Position numbers and translations under genes: made by a program
Virus record (IMG/VR): IMGVR_UViG_3300032293_001706
Span: 64,001 to 128,000 of that record
Length of the DNA stretch: 64,000 bases
Strand: one strand, 5' to 3'
Source: a virus
Shown: one piece after another, positions 16,801-26,490 of the stretch
Layout: every line of letters starts with the position of its first letter
How positions within the stretch are numbered: the stretch's first letter is position 1
The notes under the pieces: generated by a model
What the model was told of the DNA's origin: nothing
Seen by the model: the letters and a program-made list of their open reading frames with translations, nothing else
Database searches by the model: none

Positions 16801-19704
16801 TTATCTTTTTTGATTAATTCTATCCATAATTTCTCCAACAATTTCAGCTCTATCTAAGTTATCACCCATAACAGTTGCAATGTTTTGTTTTTTGGTATTA
16901 ACAATATCATATATTATCCCTTCAATCGCGTTCTCGAAAATTGGATAGTATACGGATACTGAATTTTTTTGACCATAACGATAAGCTCTATCTTCCGCCT
17001 GAGCCATATCACCAGGAACAAAAGAAAGGTCATTCATTATTACCGCTTCCCCAGCAGTTAATGTTATTCCAACTCCTGCGGCTTTCATATTACCAATAAA
17101 GATTTTTATCTTATCATCTGTTTGAAACCTATCTACCGCTTCTTGTCTTTGTTTTGGTGAACAAGAACCATTCAAATAAACAGAATTTTTTGAATAATGA
17201 TTATGAAGAGATTCTAATGTTTCTGTAAAATTGGTGAAAACAATAACTTTTTTATCCTGTTCGATAATATTATCAATTAATTCTATCGTTGAATTGATTT
17301 TTTCTTTTGCAATTACTTGTCTTACTTTTGTAAGTTTTGTGAACTGAACGGTTAGTGATGAACTTTCATCGGGGTTTTTATCATACCAATCATAATATTC
17401 TCCCATTAAACTTTCATATTCTTTAGATTTTAATCTTAGGTAAACTGGTGTTATTATTTTTTCAGGAAGGTCCAAGATATCCGTTTTTAATCTTCGTAAT
17501 ACTTGTCTTGACGTTCTATCTCTTAATTCCTCAAGGTTAGATGCTCCAGTGACATTCCATATTTTTCTATTACCAACTTTAAACTGATAACCATCACAAT
17601 ACCTTTTTACATATGCCATCCAATTTGATGCTACGGGTGATTCCACCAAATTTAAAAGATTATAATAGTTAATTGGTCTTGATGTCATTGGAGTTCCTGT
17701 TAATAACCAAAGTCTATCAACATCTTTCACAAAACTATTAATTAATTTGGTTCTCTTTGCCAAACTATTCTGTACATAGTGAGCCTCATCAATAATTATT
17801 AAATCAAAATTACTTTTTAATATTAAGGATTCTTGATTTTTTTCCGTACTGTGGAAGTTTTTAACTATGTCGTAATTCATAATTACAAAATCCGCATCTT
17901 CATATTTTTTACCTTCACAAATATATACTGACCTATCACTATAGTTTTGAATTTCCCTTTGCCAATTAATCTTTAAAGATGCGGGACATATAATTAAAAT
18001 TTTCTTTGCTCCTGTTTCTAATGCCGCAACAATTGTTGAAGTTGTATTATGAGTTACAATACAATGTTCTGTAACGTATAACTTATCAGGAGAGTCAACT
18101 GAAATACAAACCGCATCCCCTCTACCTTCGAGTTGTATATCTTTAATATACCTTCCAACTTTGTATTTATTAGGGGAGTTATATAATTTACACTTTCGTT
18201 CAAGTTTGAATGGGTTCATACCACTAGGTAATTTTATATTAACCCTATAGGATTTTTTACCCTTTTTTTTAACTCCATTATGAGTATAATTTGTTATTCT
18301 ATCTTTTTTTCTAGCAATCCCCCCTAAACTATGAACAATTTCAATTACGTCATCACATAGTTTTTCAGATGTTGTGCTAAATTCAGTTCCTCTGAACTCA
18401 CCATTTTTACTAACATAACAAGTCCCATCAGTATCCATTAAACCTTTTAAAAGTTCTAATCTATCATTAATTGAAGAATATTTATACGCATCAGGAATAA
18501 ATTTATTATATGAACCACAACCCATTAAATTTAATTTTTTCAAAATTTGTATTACTGGATTAGTAAGTCCTGCTTCTTTTATAATTTTATACCCATATTT
18601 TGAATTTACTTTTTCAATTATCCGTGAATTTTCAGGTAAAACTTGTTTTATATAATTAATAATTTCATAATCTTTAGTTGTAAAAGAAATACTTTTTTGA
18701 GTTATACCACCATCTCCTAAGATTAACCCCAACAAGTAAGGATTTAACTCTAATTCACGTGACACAAACTCAATCGGTTTAACCATTGGTATTTGCCATT
18801 TGTTATTACCACCTTTATTTTTAAAATAAGTTTTAAATTTATATTTTCTATTATTGTTATTTTTTTCACCTAATACTTCTAAGGCTAACTCTTTATCTAG
18901 CATATCGCCTACGGATAATACAATCTCTTTTTTTCTACGAGAGTTATTAGTGTTAATCCCAAAACTGTTTGACATGACCGAAAATAAATGTTCTTTACAG
19001 ACTAAAATAGAAACCCCATCATTGAATGATACTCTGTATAAATCTTTAACCCCTTGTGGGTAAACACCTAAAACTTTACACTTTTTACCATTACTACCAA
19101 TAACTTCATCACCAATTTTTAAATCACCAATTTTTTTTCTACCGTATGGGGTAAATACCATATTTTCAACAAACTCGGCTTTTCCAGCACCCATATCGTC
19201 TGCCAAAATAAATCTTTTGGTTCTTACTAAACGATTAACCGCTTCTATTTGATGTTTTAATGGAGGTCTATGGGAATACTTTGAAAAATCAATTTCTTTG
19301 TAATACTCTTCAGGGTTTTTAATAATCGCAACTTTTGGAATCCAAATATCCGTCAAAGGTTCACTTTCAAAAAATTTACCCCATATATGATAAGATTTTT
19401 CTTTTTCAACCAATAATTTTTCAACCCAAATTTTGTTAGGAGGATTGGTATATAATTTTTCATTTGCAATTTTTTCTGAAAAATATGAATCCAATTCAAC
19501 CCACTTCTTTGCAATTTTTGGTGTTATATTATGAAAGTTTATTATATACTCTGATTGACTTCTTGTTATTTCTTTACTCTTATTAGGTCCGAAAAGTGAT
19601 TTTAATCTTAATATATAGTTATTTGCACCATTATAACTCTCTAAAATTTTAAGAGCTTTTTTTTCAAAAACATTTATAGACGACGATTCGATGTTGTCTG
19701 ACAT
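16801..19704 (-). CDS. SNF2/SWI2-family helicase with an intein in Walker A
   Basis: ADDMGAGK|TT once the intein is removed, IICPASL, IIDEAH, LTGTP, QAEDRAYRYGQ. Confidence 0.9.
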   Translation of the reverse strand: MSDNIESSSINVFEKKALKILESYNGANNYILRLKSLFGPNKSKEITRSQSEYIINFHNITPKIAKKWVELDSYFSEKIANEKLYTNPPNKIWVEKLLVEKEKSYHIWGKFFESEPLTDIWIPKVAIIKNPEEYYKEIDFSKYSHRPPLKHQIEAVNRLVRTKRFILADDMGAGKAEFVENMVFTPYGRKKIGDLKIGDEVIGSNGKKCKVLGVYPQGVKDLYRVSFNDGVSILVCKEHLFSVMSNSFGINTNNSRRKKEIVLSVGDMLDKELALEVLGEKNNNNRKYKFKTYFKNKGGNNKWQIPMVKPIEFVSRELELNPYLLGLILGDGGITQKSISFTTKDYEIINYIKQVLPENSRIIEKVNSKYGYKIIKEAGLTNPVIQILKKLNLMGCGSYNKFIPDAYKYSSINDRLELLKGLMDTDGTCYVSKNGEFRGTEFSTTSEKLCDDVIEIVHSLGGIARKKDRITNYTHNGVKKKGKKSYRVNIKLPSGMNPFKLERKCKLYNSPNKYKVGRYIKDIQLEGRGDAVCISVDSPDKLYVTEHCIVTHNTTSTIVAALETGAKKILIICPASLKINWQREIQNYSDRSVYICEGKKYEDADFVIMNYDIVKNFHSTEKNQESLILKSNFDLIIIDEAHYVQNSLAKRTKLINSFVKDVDRLWLLTGTPMTSRPINYYNLLNLVESPVASNWMAYVKRYCDGYQFKVGNRKIWNVTGASNLEELRDRTSRQVLRRLKTDILDLPEKIITPVYLRLKSKEYESLMGEYYDWYDKNPDESSSLTVQFTKLTKVRQVIAKEKINSTIELIDNIIEQDKKVIVFTNFTETLESLHNHYSKNSVYLNGSCSPKQRQEAVDRFQTDDKIKIFIGNMKAAGVGITLTAGEAVIMNDLSFVPGDMAQAEDRAYRYGQKNSVSVYYPIFENAIEGIIYDIVNTKKQNIATVMGDNLDRAEIVGEIMDRINQKR
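18046..19179 (-). mobile_element. 378-aa intein with LAGLIDADG endonuclease (Ala1, class-3-like)
   Basis: Starts AEFVENMVFTPYG; block B CKEHLF; LLGLILGDGG and LLKGLMDTDG; block F AVCISV; ends IVTHN followed by +1 Thr. Confidence 0.9.
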
Positions 19705-19747
19705 AAATCAATATTAAAAATAATAAATAATAAAGTATTTATCAATA

Positions 19748-20260
19748 ATGGCAAATAAAGTTCCAATTACAAGAATATCAAAATTTTTTGGTGAAAAAGA
19801 TTTTCAACTCAATTTATCAATGGGTGAAGAATGGTTATTGGGTGATATGAATTTTACAGTTGTTTTATATCGTGTTGATAGGTCTAAAACAAATCAGGAT
19901 GATGTTTATGGGGAAGCACTCACAAACTCAATAAGTTTTTTACCCCCTGTTGAGGTTAAAGGTTATCTTAAAATAGAAGCCCCCACACAACCTGAATTTG
20001 GTTCTTCAAGATTAACACAAACCGAACCAGGGAATATGACATTTAGTGTTTATCTACATCATTTAGAGGAGTTAGGTATTCAAATACAATATGGTGATTA
20101 TATCGGGTATGCGGAAACAGAAAGTAGAATGAGGTATTATACTGTTGCGGATGATTCAAGGATTATTTCAGATAATAAACACACTTATGGTGGTTACAAA
20201 CCTTTTTATAGAACATTTATTTGTACACCTGTTAGTGAAGATGAATTTAAAGGTATATAA
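19748..20260 (+). CDS. Neck / head-closure protein (gp14-like)
   Basis: Position before terminator and sheath genes; VVLYRVD...GDYIGY beta-rich pattern. Confidence 0.55.
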   Translation: MANKVPITRISKFFGEKDFQLNLSMGEEWLLGDMNFTVVLYRVDRSKTNQDDVYGEALTNSISFLPPVEVKGYLKIEAPTQPEFGSSRLTQTEPGNMTFSVYLHHLEELGIQIQYGDYIGYAETESRMRYYTVADDSRIISDNKHTYGGYKPFYRTFICTPVSEDEFKGI

Positions 20261-21300
20261 TGGCACTTCCGAAAAAAATAGTTAAAAATATTTCTTTAAC
20301 ACCAAAAAAAATATTGGGTGAAAGAAGAGAAGAATTATTAGAAATGATTCAAAAAGATGGTACTTTTCTACCGAAAGGAATTTATCATGCCGATTTGGAT
20401 AGGGGAATGTTGGATTTTGTTAAAAATGATTTAGGGATATCGGTTGACGGAAAAAAAATAAATACAGTTGATGTTATCATCACAACACAAAATTGGGCTC
20501 AATTTACACAAACTTGGAATTTTCAAGATTTGGATACCAATATTTCACCCCCATTTATTGCAACCGTAAGAAAACCTGAAACACCATATGGTACAAATCA
20601 AGGAACTACCTTTAAAATACCCGGTAGACCAACTTTTCAATATGCGTTGGTTCCAACGTTTGACGGTGTAAGAAATGGTTATGATGTTTATAAAATACCT
20701 CAACCGACACCTGTTGATATTACTTATGAAATTAAAATTTTCACAAACAGGATGAGAGAACTAAACAAGTTCAATAAAAAAGTATTGGAAGCGTTTGGCT
20801 CAAAACAATTCTATAAAAATATTAATGGTAGGTATATTCCAATTTTATTGGATACAATAACAGATGCATCAGTTAATGACTTAAATAAAAGAAGATATTA
20901 TATACAATCATATTCAATGAAAATGTTAGGTGTTTTATTAGATGAAGAACAATTTGAAAGAACTCCCGCAGTTTCAAGAGTCCTTCAAATTATGGACGTT
21001 GGTGTAAAAACCAAACAAAGAAAAGCTGAAGCACCAAACCCTAATGAAAATACTGTTGATGGTCTTTATCAATTTATTAGCGGTAACACACAATTAACCG
21101 ATACTTTGTATTATAATTTTGATTATTATTTCATTAAATCAGATAATGTTAATTCATATAATGTCTATATTAATAACAATTTTATAGGACAAGATGTAAG
21201 TTATTTTCAAGTAAATACAAATGATGTGTTAAGGGTTGAAATATCATTTGATGATGTGACAAAAAATGGTTCTATTTTATTTGAGAAAAAACTAGTCTAA
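20260..21300 (+). CDS. Tail terminator (gp15-like)
   Basis: PQPTPVDITYEIKIFTNRMRELN motif; immediately upstream of the sheath gene. Confidence 0.6.
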   Translation: MALPKKIVKNISLTPKKILGERREELLEMIQKDGTFLPKGIYHADLDRGMLDFVKNDLGISVDGKKINTVDVIITTQNWAQFTQTWNFQDLDTNISPPFIATVRKPETPYGTNQGTTFKIPGRPTFQYALVPTFDGVRNGYDVYKIPQPTPVDITYEIKIFTNRMRELNKFNKKVLEAFGSKQFYKNINGRYIPILLDTITDASVNDLNKRRYYIQSYSMKMLGVLLDEEQFERTPAVSRVLQIMDVGVKTKQRKAEAPNPNENTVDGLYQFISGNTQLTDTLYYNFDYYFIKSDNVNSYNVYINNNFIGQDVSYFQVNTNDVLRVEISFDDVTKNGSILFEKKLV

Positions 21301-21462
21301 AGGTTCTCCGTATATGTCTTTTTTTTCCTGACAATTATTTTTAATTAAACTCTCCAAAAACCCATAAATTTTATAACCTTTTTTGTTACAATATTCTTTT
21401 AAGAGTTTATGTGACTCTACGGATATTTTGATGTTTTTTATTTTCTTGGGTGTTTTTTCCAT
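21292..21462 (-). CDS. Small ribbon-helix-helix-like protein (56 aa, absent from the ORF track)
   Basis: Manual translation: MEKTPKKIKNIKISVESHKLLKEYCNKKGYKIYGFLESLIKNNCQEKKDIYGEPLD. Confidence 0.6.
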   Translation of the reverse strand: MEKTPKKIKNIKISVESHKLLKEYCNKKGYKIYGFLESLIKNNCQEKKDIYGEPLD

Positions 21463-21581
21463 AAAGGTAGAAAAAAGGCAGAATTTAATCTTACTGAATT
21501 ATAAATATAATGAATAATACAAGTTTTTTGCTAAAGTTAACAATATTTATGTAAAAATAAATTTTACAAAAACAAAAAATA

Positions 21582-24500
21582 ATGGCAACAAGCAATAAAG
21601 TTTTCGTTTCACCTGGAGTATATACTTCAGAACGTGATTTATCTTTTGTGGCACAAAGTGTGGGTGTTACAACATTAGGTATCGTAGGAGAAACTTTGAA
21701 AGGTCCAGCATTTGAACCAATCTTTATCACAAGTTTCGATGAATTTCAAGCGGTTTTCGGAGGTACACTTCCTGAAAAATTCGTAAACACACAAATCCCT
21801 AAATATGAAGCGGCATACATTGCAAAATCATATTTACAACAATCAAATCAACTTTTTGTTACAAGAGTTTTAGGTTTGTCAGGTTATGACGCAGGACCTT
21901 CTTGGTCAATCACGTCTGTGGCAAACGTAAATGGTTCTACAGTAATTCAAAACGCAACACCTTCAAGTGTTGTCGTTACATTCACAGGTAGTACAGGTTC
22001 AACTTCAGTATCTTTTGGTTCATTTGCGTCAACTGTATTTGCAAATGATGTAAATACAACACAATCATTAACTGATGGAACCACAACAACTATTAAAAAT
22101 CAGTTGGATAGTTTTGTAAATTCAGTAATGAATACAAACTCAACAAGTGCAACAACAGCGTATGTATTTGGAACATTAGGTGACACTGTTTATAATACCT
22201 TGACAGGTGCTGGTTATACAGGTCTTACAAATGTTTATAACGTACCATCTTTAAAAAATTCATTAACATCATATTCAAGTAGGGATAACGATGCTTGGTA
22301 TTACTCACAATTTAATATTAGTTCAGGTAATAACTATAGTGGTTATTCATTTAGTGTTGCGGTAACATCACTATCAGGAACCGCATTTGGAACCGCAGGA
22401 CAATTTTCAGGTTCTGTAACAATTTCCGCATCAACATTACTTGGAACTGCTTATACCGATTGGAATAATGTTGTGTTAGCAACTCTTCGTTCAAGAGGTA
22501 TCGCACCATATGATAATTCAACAAATCCTGATTATCAGGTAACAGGAACTACAGATGTTATTATTGATTTAAGTGGAGTATATTCAGGTACAAGTAAAAC
22601 ACCTTTTGGTTCATTTGCAATTTCGGGTGTAACATACGAAGGTAATACATTTAATTTCAAAACATCCCTTGATTCAACAGACCCAAATTATATTTCAAAA
22701 GTATTTGGTTTATCTAATTTCGGAAAAGATAGAAATGATGTTCCATTGTTTGTTGAAGAAAGTTTCAGCAATATGTTGACCTATGGTTATCAAATGGGTT
22801 ACGTTAAGTCTATTGGTAGTACATTAAAAGGATTACCATCAGCACAAGACGATAACGGAACAAACACATCAATAGGTTGGTATTTGGAACAATATCAAAC
22901 ACCTGAAACACCTTACTTAGTTTCTGAATTAAGAGGTAACACAGTTTATGATTTGTTTAAATTTATATCAATTTCTGATGGTAACGCAGCAAATGCTGAA
23001 ATTAAAATTTCAATATTAAACATTTCATTTACAAATGGAACATTTGATGTTGGTGTTCGTGATTTTAATGATACAGACCAAAATCCTGTATTCATTGAAA
23101 AGTTCACAAATTGTTCAATGAACCCAAGTAATAATAACTTTATCGGTGTGAAGATTGGAACAAGTGATGGTGAATACGTACAACGTTCAAAATTCATAAT
23201 GGTTGAATTAAACCCTGAAGCTCCGATAGATGCACTTCCTTGTGGTTTTAGAGGTTATCCTTTAAGAACATATAACGGTGTTACATCAGCATTTCCAATC
23301 TACAAAACACAATATGAAACAGCAGGTGATAATACTTTTTATCCTCCTTTTGGTTCACAACAGGTAAGTTCAGGTGATAAAGTTAACAGAACTTATTTGG
23401 GTATTTCAAATACTGTTGGTATTGACCAAGAATATTTCAACTATAAAGGAAAACAAAACCCTACAAATATTGCAACGGCAACAAGTTCAAATCCTTGGAA
23501 TTTTATATCAAAAGGATATCACTTAGATTCAGGAGCAACAGTTGTAACAATTCCTTCAACTTATTCTACTTCAGGTACATCAGCATTTGAAGTTGGTGAT
23601 GCGTCCTTTAGTTCAGAACCAACAGATTCAACAAGTCCATACTACAGATTAAACGCAAGGAAATTCACTTTGGTTCCTGCGGGTGGTTTTGATGGCTGGG
23701 ATATTTACAGAGAATACAGAACAAATGGTGATAATTTCATCATTGGAGGTTCAGGATTCTTGAAAGGTTTTGCACCAACATCACAATTCCCTACCGCAAC
23801 TGGTTGGGGAGCGTTTAAGAAGATTACTGTTGACGGTAATTCAAATGATTGGGCTAACACCGATTATTATGCATACTTAAAAGGTCAGAAGACTTTCGCA
23901 AATCCTGAAGCGGTTAACATTAATATTTTTGTTACTCCGGGTATTGATTTTGTTAATAACTCAAACCTTGTTGAAGACGCAATTGATATGATTGAAAATG
24001 ATAGAGCGGATTCACTTTATATTACAACTTGTCCTGATTATAATATGTTTGTATCAAATACAACATCATCAGAAAACTTGATTTACCCTCAAGAAGCGGT
24101 TGATAATTTGGAAACAACAGGAATCGACTCTAACTACACCGCAACTTATTATCCTTGGGTATTGACAAGAGACACTGTAAATAATACACAGATTTATCTT
24201 CCTCCAACCGCTGAAGTTTGTAGAAACTTGGCGTTGACCGATAACATCGCGTTCCCTTGGTTCGCATCTGCGGGTTACACAAGAGGTATTGTAAATGCGG
24301 TTAAAGCAAGAAAGAAACTAACACAAGAAGACAGAGATACCCTTTATCAAGGTCATATTAATCCAATTGCGACATTCTCTGATGTTGGAACAGTAATTTG
24401 GGGTAATAAAACAACACAAATTGCTGAATCCGCTCTTGACAGAATCAACGTAAGAAGATTGTTATTACAAGCTCGTAAGTTGATTTCAGCAGTCGCAGTT

Positions 24501-24749
24501 AGATTGTTGTTTGAACAAAATGACGACAAGGTAAGACAAGACTTCTTGGATTCTGTGAACCCAATCTTGGATTCAATTAGAAGAGACAGAGGTTTAATTG
24601 ACTTCAGAGTTGTAGTAACAAATACACCTGAAGATTTAGATAGAAACCAAATGACTGGTAAGATTTATCTAAAACCAACCAAAGCTCTTGAATTCATTGA
24701 TATTGAGTTCTTAATTACACCATCAGGTGCATCATTTGAGAATATCTAA
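21582..24749 (+). CDS. Tail sheath protein (gp18-like)
   Basis: FVSPGVYTSERD and GETLKGPAFEP at the N-terminus; PWFASAG...RG, INPI, WGNKT, RINVRRL at the C-terminus. Confidence 0.95.
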   Translation: MATSNKVFVSPGVYTSERDLSFVAQSVGVTTLGIVGETLKGPAFEPIFITSFDEFQAVFGGTLPEKFVNTQIPKYEAAYIAKSYLQQSNQLFVTRVLGLSGYDAGPSWSITSVANVNGSTVIQNATPSSVVVTFTGSTGSTSVSFGSFASTVFANDVNTTQSLTDGTTTTIKNQLDSFVNSVMNTNSTSATTAYVFGTLGDTVYNTLTGAGYTGLTNVYNVPSLKNSLTSYSSRDNDAWYYSQFNISSGNNYSGYSFSVAVTSLSGTAFGTAGQFSGSVTISASTLLGTAYTDWNNVVLATLRSRGIAPYDNSTNPDYQVTGTTDVIIDLSGVYSGTSKTPFGSFAISGVTYEGNTFNFKTSLDSTDPNYISKVFGLSNFGKDRNDVPLFVEESFSNMLTYGYQMGYVKSIGSTLKGLPSAQDDNGTNTSIGWYLEQYQTPETPYLVSELRGNTVYDLFKFISISDGNAANAEIKISILNISFTNGTFDVGVRDFNDTDQNPVFIEKFTNCSMNPSNNNFIGVKIGTSDGEYVQRSKFIMVELNPEAPIDALPCGFRGYPLRTYNGVTSAFPIYKTQYETAGDNTFYPPFGSQQVSSGDKVNRTYLGISNTVGIDQEYFNYKGKQNPTNIATATSSNPWNFISKGYHLDSGATVVTIPSTYSTSGTSAFEVGDASFSSEPTDSTSPYYRLNARKFTLVPAGGFDGWDIYREYRTNGDNFIIGGSGFLKGFAPTSQFPTATGWGAFKKITVDGNSNDWANTDYYAYLKGQKTFANPEAVNINIFVTPGIDFVNNSNLVEDAIDMIENDRADSLYITTCPDYNMFVSNTTSSENLIYPQEAVDNLETTGIDSNYTATYYPWVLTRDTVNNTQIYLPPTAEVCRNLALTDNIAFPWFASAGYTRGIVNAVKARKKLTQEDRDTLYQGHINPIATFSDVGTVIWGNKTTQIAESALDRINVRRLLLQARKLISAVAVRLLFEQNDDKVRQDFLDSVNPILDSIRRDRGLIDFRVVVTNTPEDLDRNQMTGKIYLKPTKALEFIDIEFLITPSGASFENI

Positions 24750-24760
24750 TAAACATTATT

Positions 24761-24790
24761 ATGGGGTGGGGAAAAAATAACCCACCCCAT
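24761..24790 (+). terminator. Hairpin after the sheath gene
   Basis: Perfect 10-bp inverted repeat ATGGGGTGGG / CCCACCCCAT. Confidence 0.7.
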
Positions 24791-24813
24791 ATATTTATAA
24801 TTAAAATACAACT

Positions 24814-24957
24814 ATGAAATTCACAAAAAAAGTATTGTTTGAAAATATGGAAGTTAAGACCAATGGTTTAAAAACTTATTCTGAAAAACCTCAGTCTATA
24901 ATTGTTAGTGAATCACAATTAGAAAGAGTAATTCAAAAAATTTTAAATAAAAAATGA
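24814..24957 (+). CDS. Small protein (47 aa, absent from the ORF track)
   Basis: MKFTKKVLFENMEVKTNGLKTYSEKPQSIIVSESQLERVIQKILNKK; TATTTAT at 24792-24798; ATGA overlap with the next gene. Confidence 0.6.
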   Translation: MKFTKKVLFENMEVKTNGLKTYSEKPQSIIVSESQLERVIQKILNKK

Positions 24958-25805
24958 ATTATAAAAAACTAATTAGACGTACCCTACATAAATTGTCTGA
25001 AGGATTTGACCCTAGTGGTCTTCCTGACCATAAATACTATGCTTTTGATTGGGATGATAACGTAATGAACATGCCAACAAAAATCATAGTATTAGATGAA
25101 GATGGTAATGAAGTTGGTATTTCTACTGATGATTTTACCGAACATAGACATCAGATAGGTAAAGAACCTTTTGTATATAATGGTAAAACTATTATATCAT
25201 ACGCCGAAAGACCATTTAGAAATTTCAGAGATGAAGGAGAAGCTCAATTCTTGGAAGATATCATGTCAGCAGGATTCGGACCTTCTTGGAACGACTTTGT
25301 TGAATGTATAAATGGGGGTTCAATTTTTGCAATTATTACAGCACGTGGACACAACCCTGAAATCCTTAAAGAAGCGGTATATAAACTCATTAAAAACAAT
25401 ATTGGTGGGTTAGATGAGGAAAAGGTTGTTGAGTCGTTAAAAATGTATCATGAGTTAACTGATAAAGAAATTAAAGATGATGATACAATGATTAGAGAAT
25501 ATTTGGACATGTGTAGGTTTCATCCTGTTTCATTTGGTACAGGTGCGGAAGCAAATCCTGAAGAAGGAAAAGTTAATGCATTAAGAGAATTTATAGGTTA
25601 TGTAAAACAAGTTTCAAGAGAAATTGGTGGAAGAACCTTATTTAAAAATGACGTTACAAATAATTTTATCATCCCTAAAATTGGTTTTTCAGATGATGAT
25701 GAAAAAAATATTGAAAAAATTAAAGATTTCTTAAATAAAGAATTTGGCCTAGAAGCTCCAGTACAGACATATTTAACTAAATCAAATATTAAAAGAAAAT
25801 ATTAA
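24954..25805 (+). CDS. HAD-superfamily phosphatase-like protein
   Basis: Motif I AFDWDDN, motif II IITARG, motif IV GFSDDD. Confidence 0.65.
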   Translation: MNYKKLIRRTLHKLSEGFDPSGLPDHKYYAFDWDDNVMNMPTKIIVLDEDGNEVGISTDDFTEHRHQIGKEPFVYNGKTIISYAERPFRNFRDEGEAQFLEDIMSAGFGPSWNDFVECINGGSIFAIITARGHNPEILKEAVYKLIKNNIGGLDEEKVVESLKMYHELTDKEIKDDDTMIREYLDMCRFHPVSFGTGAEANPEEGKVNALREFIGYVKQVSREIGGRTLFKNDVTNNFIIPKIGFSDDDEKNIEKIKDFLNKEFGLEAPVQTYLTKSNIKRKY

Positions 25806-25910
25806 TAATAATTAAAACCAGATTACCTAGGCAATTATATATGAAAAAAACTAAATAGTAAATATTTATATAGAAAATAAACTAAAGAAAACAAAATAAT
25901 GAAATAAAAT

Positions 25911-26399
25911 ATGGCAGACTTATTAATGAAAATGCCCGACCCATACGAACCGAAACAGAAACATAGGTTTATAATGACATTTCCATCCTCTTTGGGTATT
26001 AATTCTTGGTATGTAGAATCAACAAAGAGACCAAAAGTAACAATTAACAAAGCTGATATACCATTTTTGAATACAAAAACTTATGTTGCAACAAATTTTG
26101 AATGGGACACAATTGGAGTTACATTTAGGGACCCAATTGGACCATCAGCGGCACAGGCGTTAATGGAGTGGGTCAGATTACATGCTGAATCAGTTACAGG
26201 GAGAATGGGTTACTCATCAGGGTATAAAAAGGACATTACACTTGAAATGCTTGACCCAACAGGAGTTGCGGTGGAAAAATGGATATTACAAGGTTGTTTC
26301 CTAACTGATGTAGATTTCAAAGAATTATCATATGGTGAAGGTGGAATACAAACAATTTCTTGTACGTTGCGTCCAGACCGTTGTATATTGGTTTATTGA
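25911..26399 (+). CDS. Tail tube protein (gp19-like)
   Basis: HRFIMTF...WDTIGVTFRDP...YKKDITLEMLDPTG...WILQGCF. Confidence 0.9.
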   Translation: MADLLMKMPDPYEPKQKHRFIMTFPSSLGINSWYVESTKRPKVTINKADIPFLNTKTYVATNFEWDTIGVTFRDPIGPSAAQALMEWVRLHAESVTGRMGYSSGYKKDITLEMLDPTGVAVEKWILQGCFLTDVDFKELSYGEGGIQTISCTLRPDRCILVY

Positions 26400-26413
26400 A
26401 AATTTAAGTACCC

Positions 26414-26468
26414 TTTACAACCGAATTTTAAATCCATATATTTATTTATATGGATTTTATTTTTTTCC
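26414..26468 (+). promoter_or_regulatory. Overlapping sigma70-like promoter and terminator-like hairpin
   Basis: TTTACA (26414-26419), 17 nt, TATATT (26437-26442); inverted repeat AAATCCATATA / TATATGGATTT (26430-26457) followed by a T-run. Confidence 0.5.
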
Positions 26469-26490
26469 ATAAAAGTAACTAAATAATATT

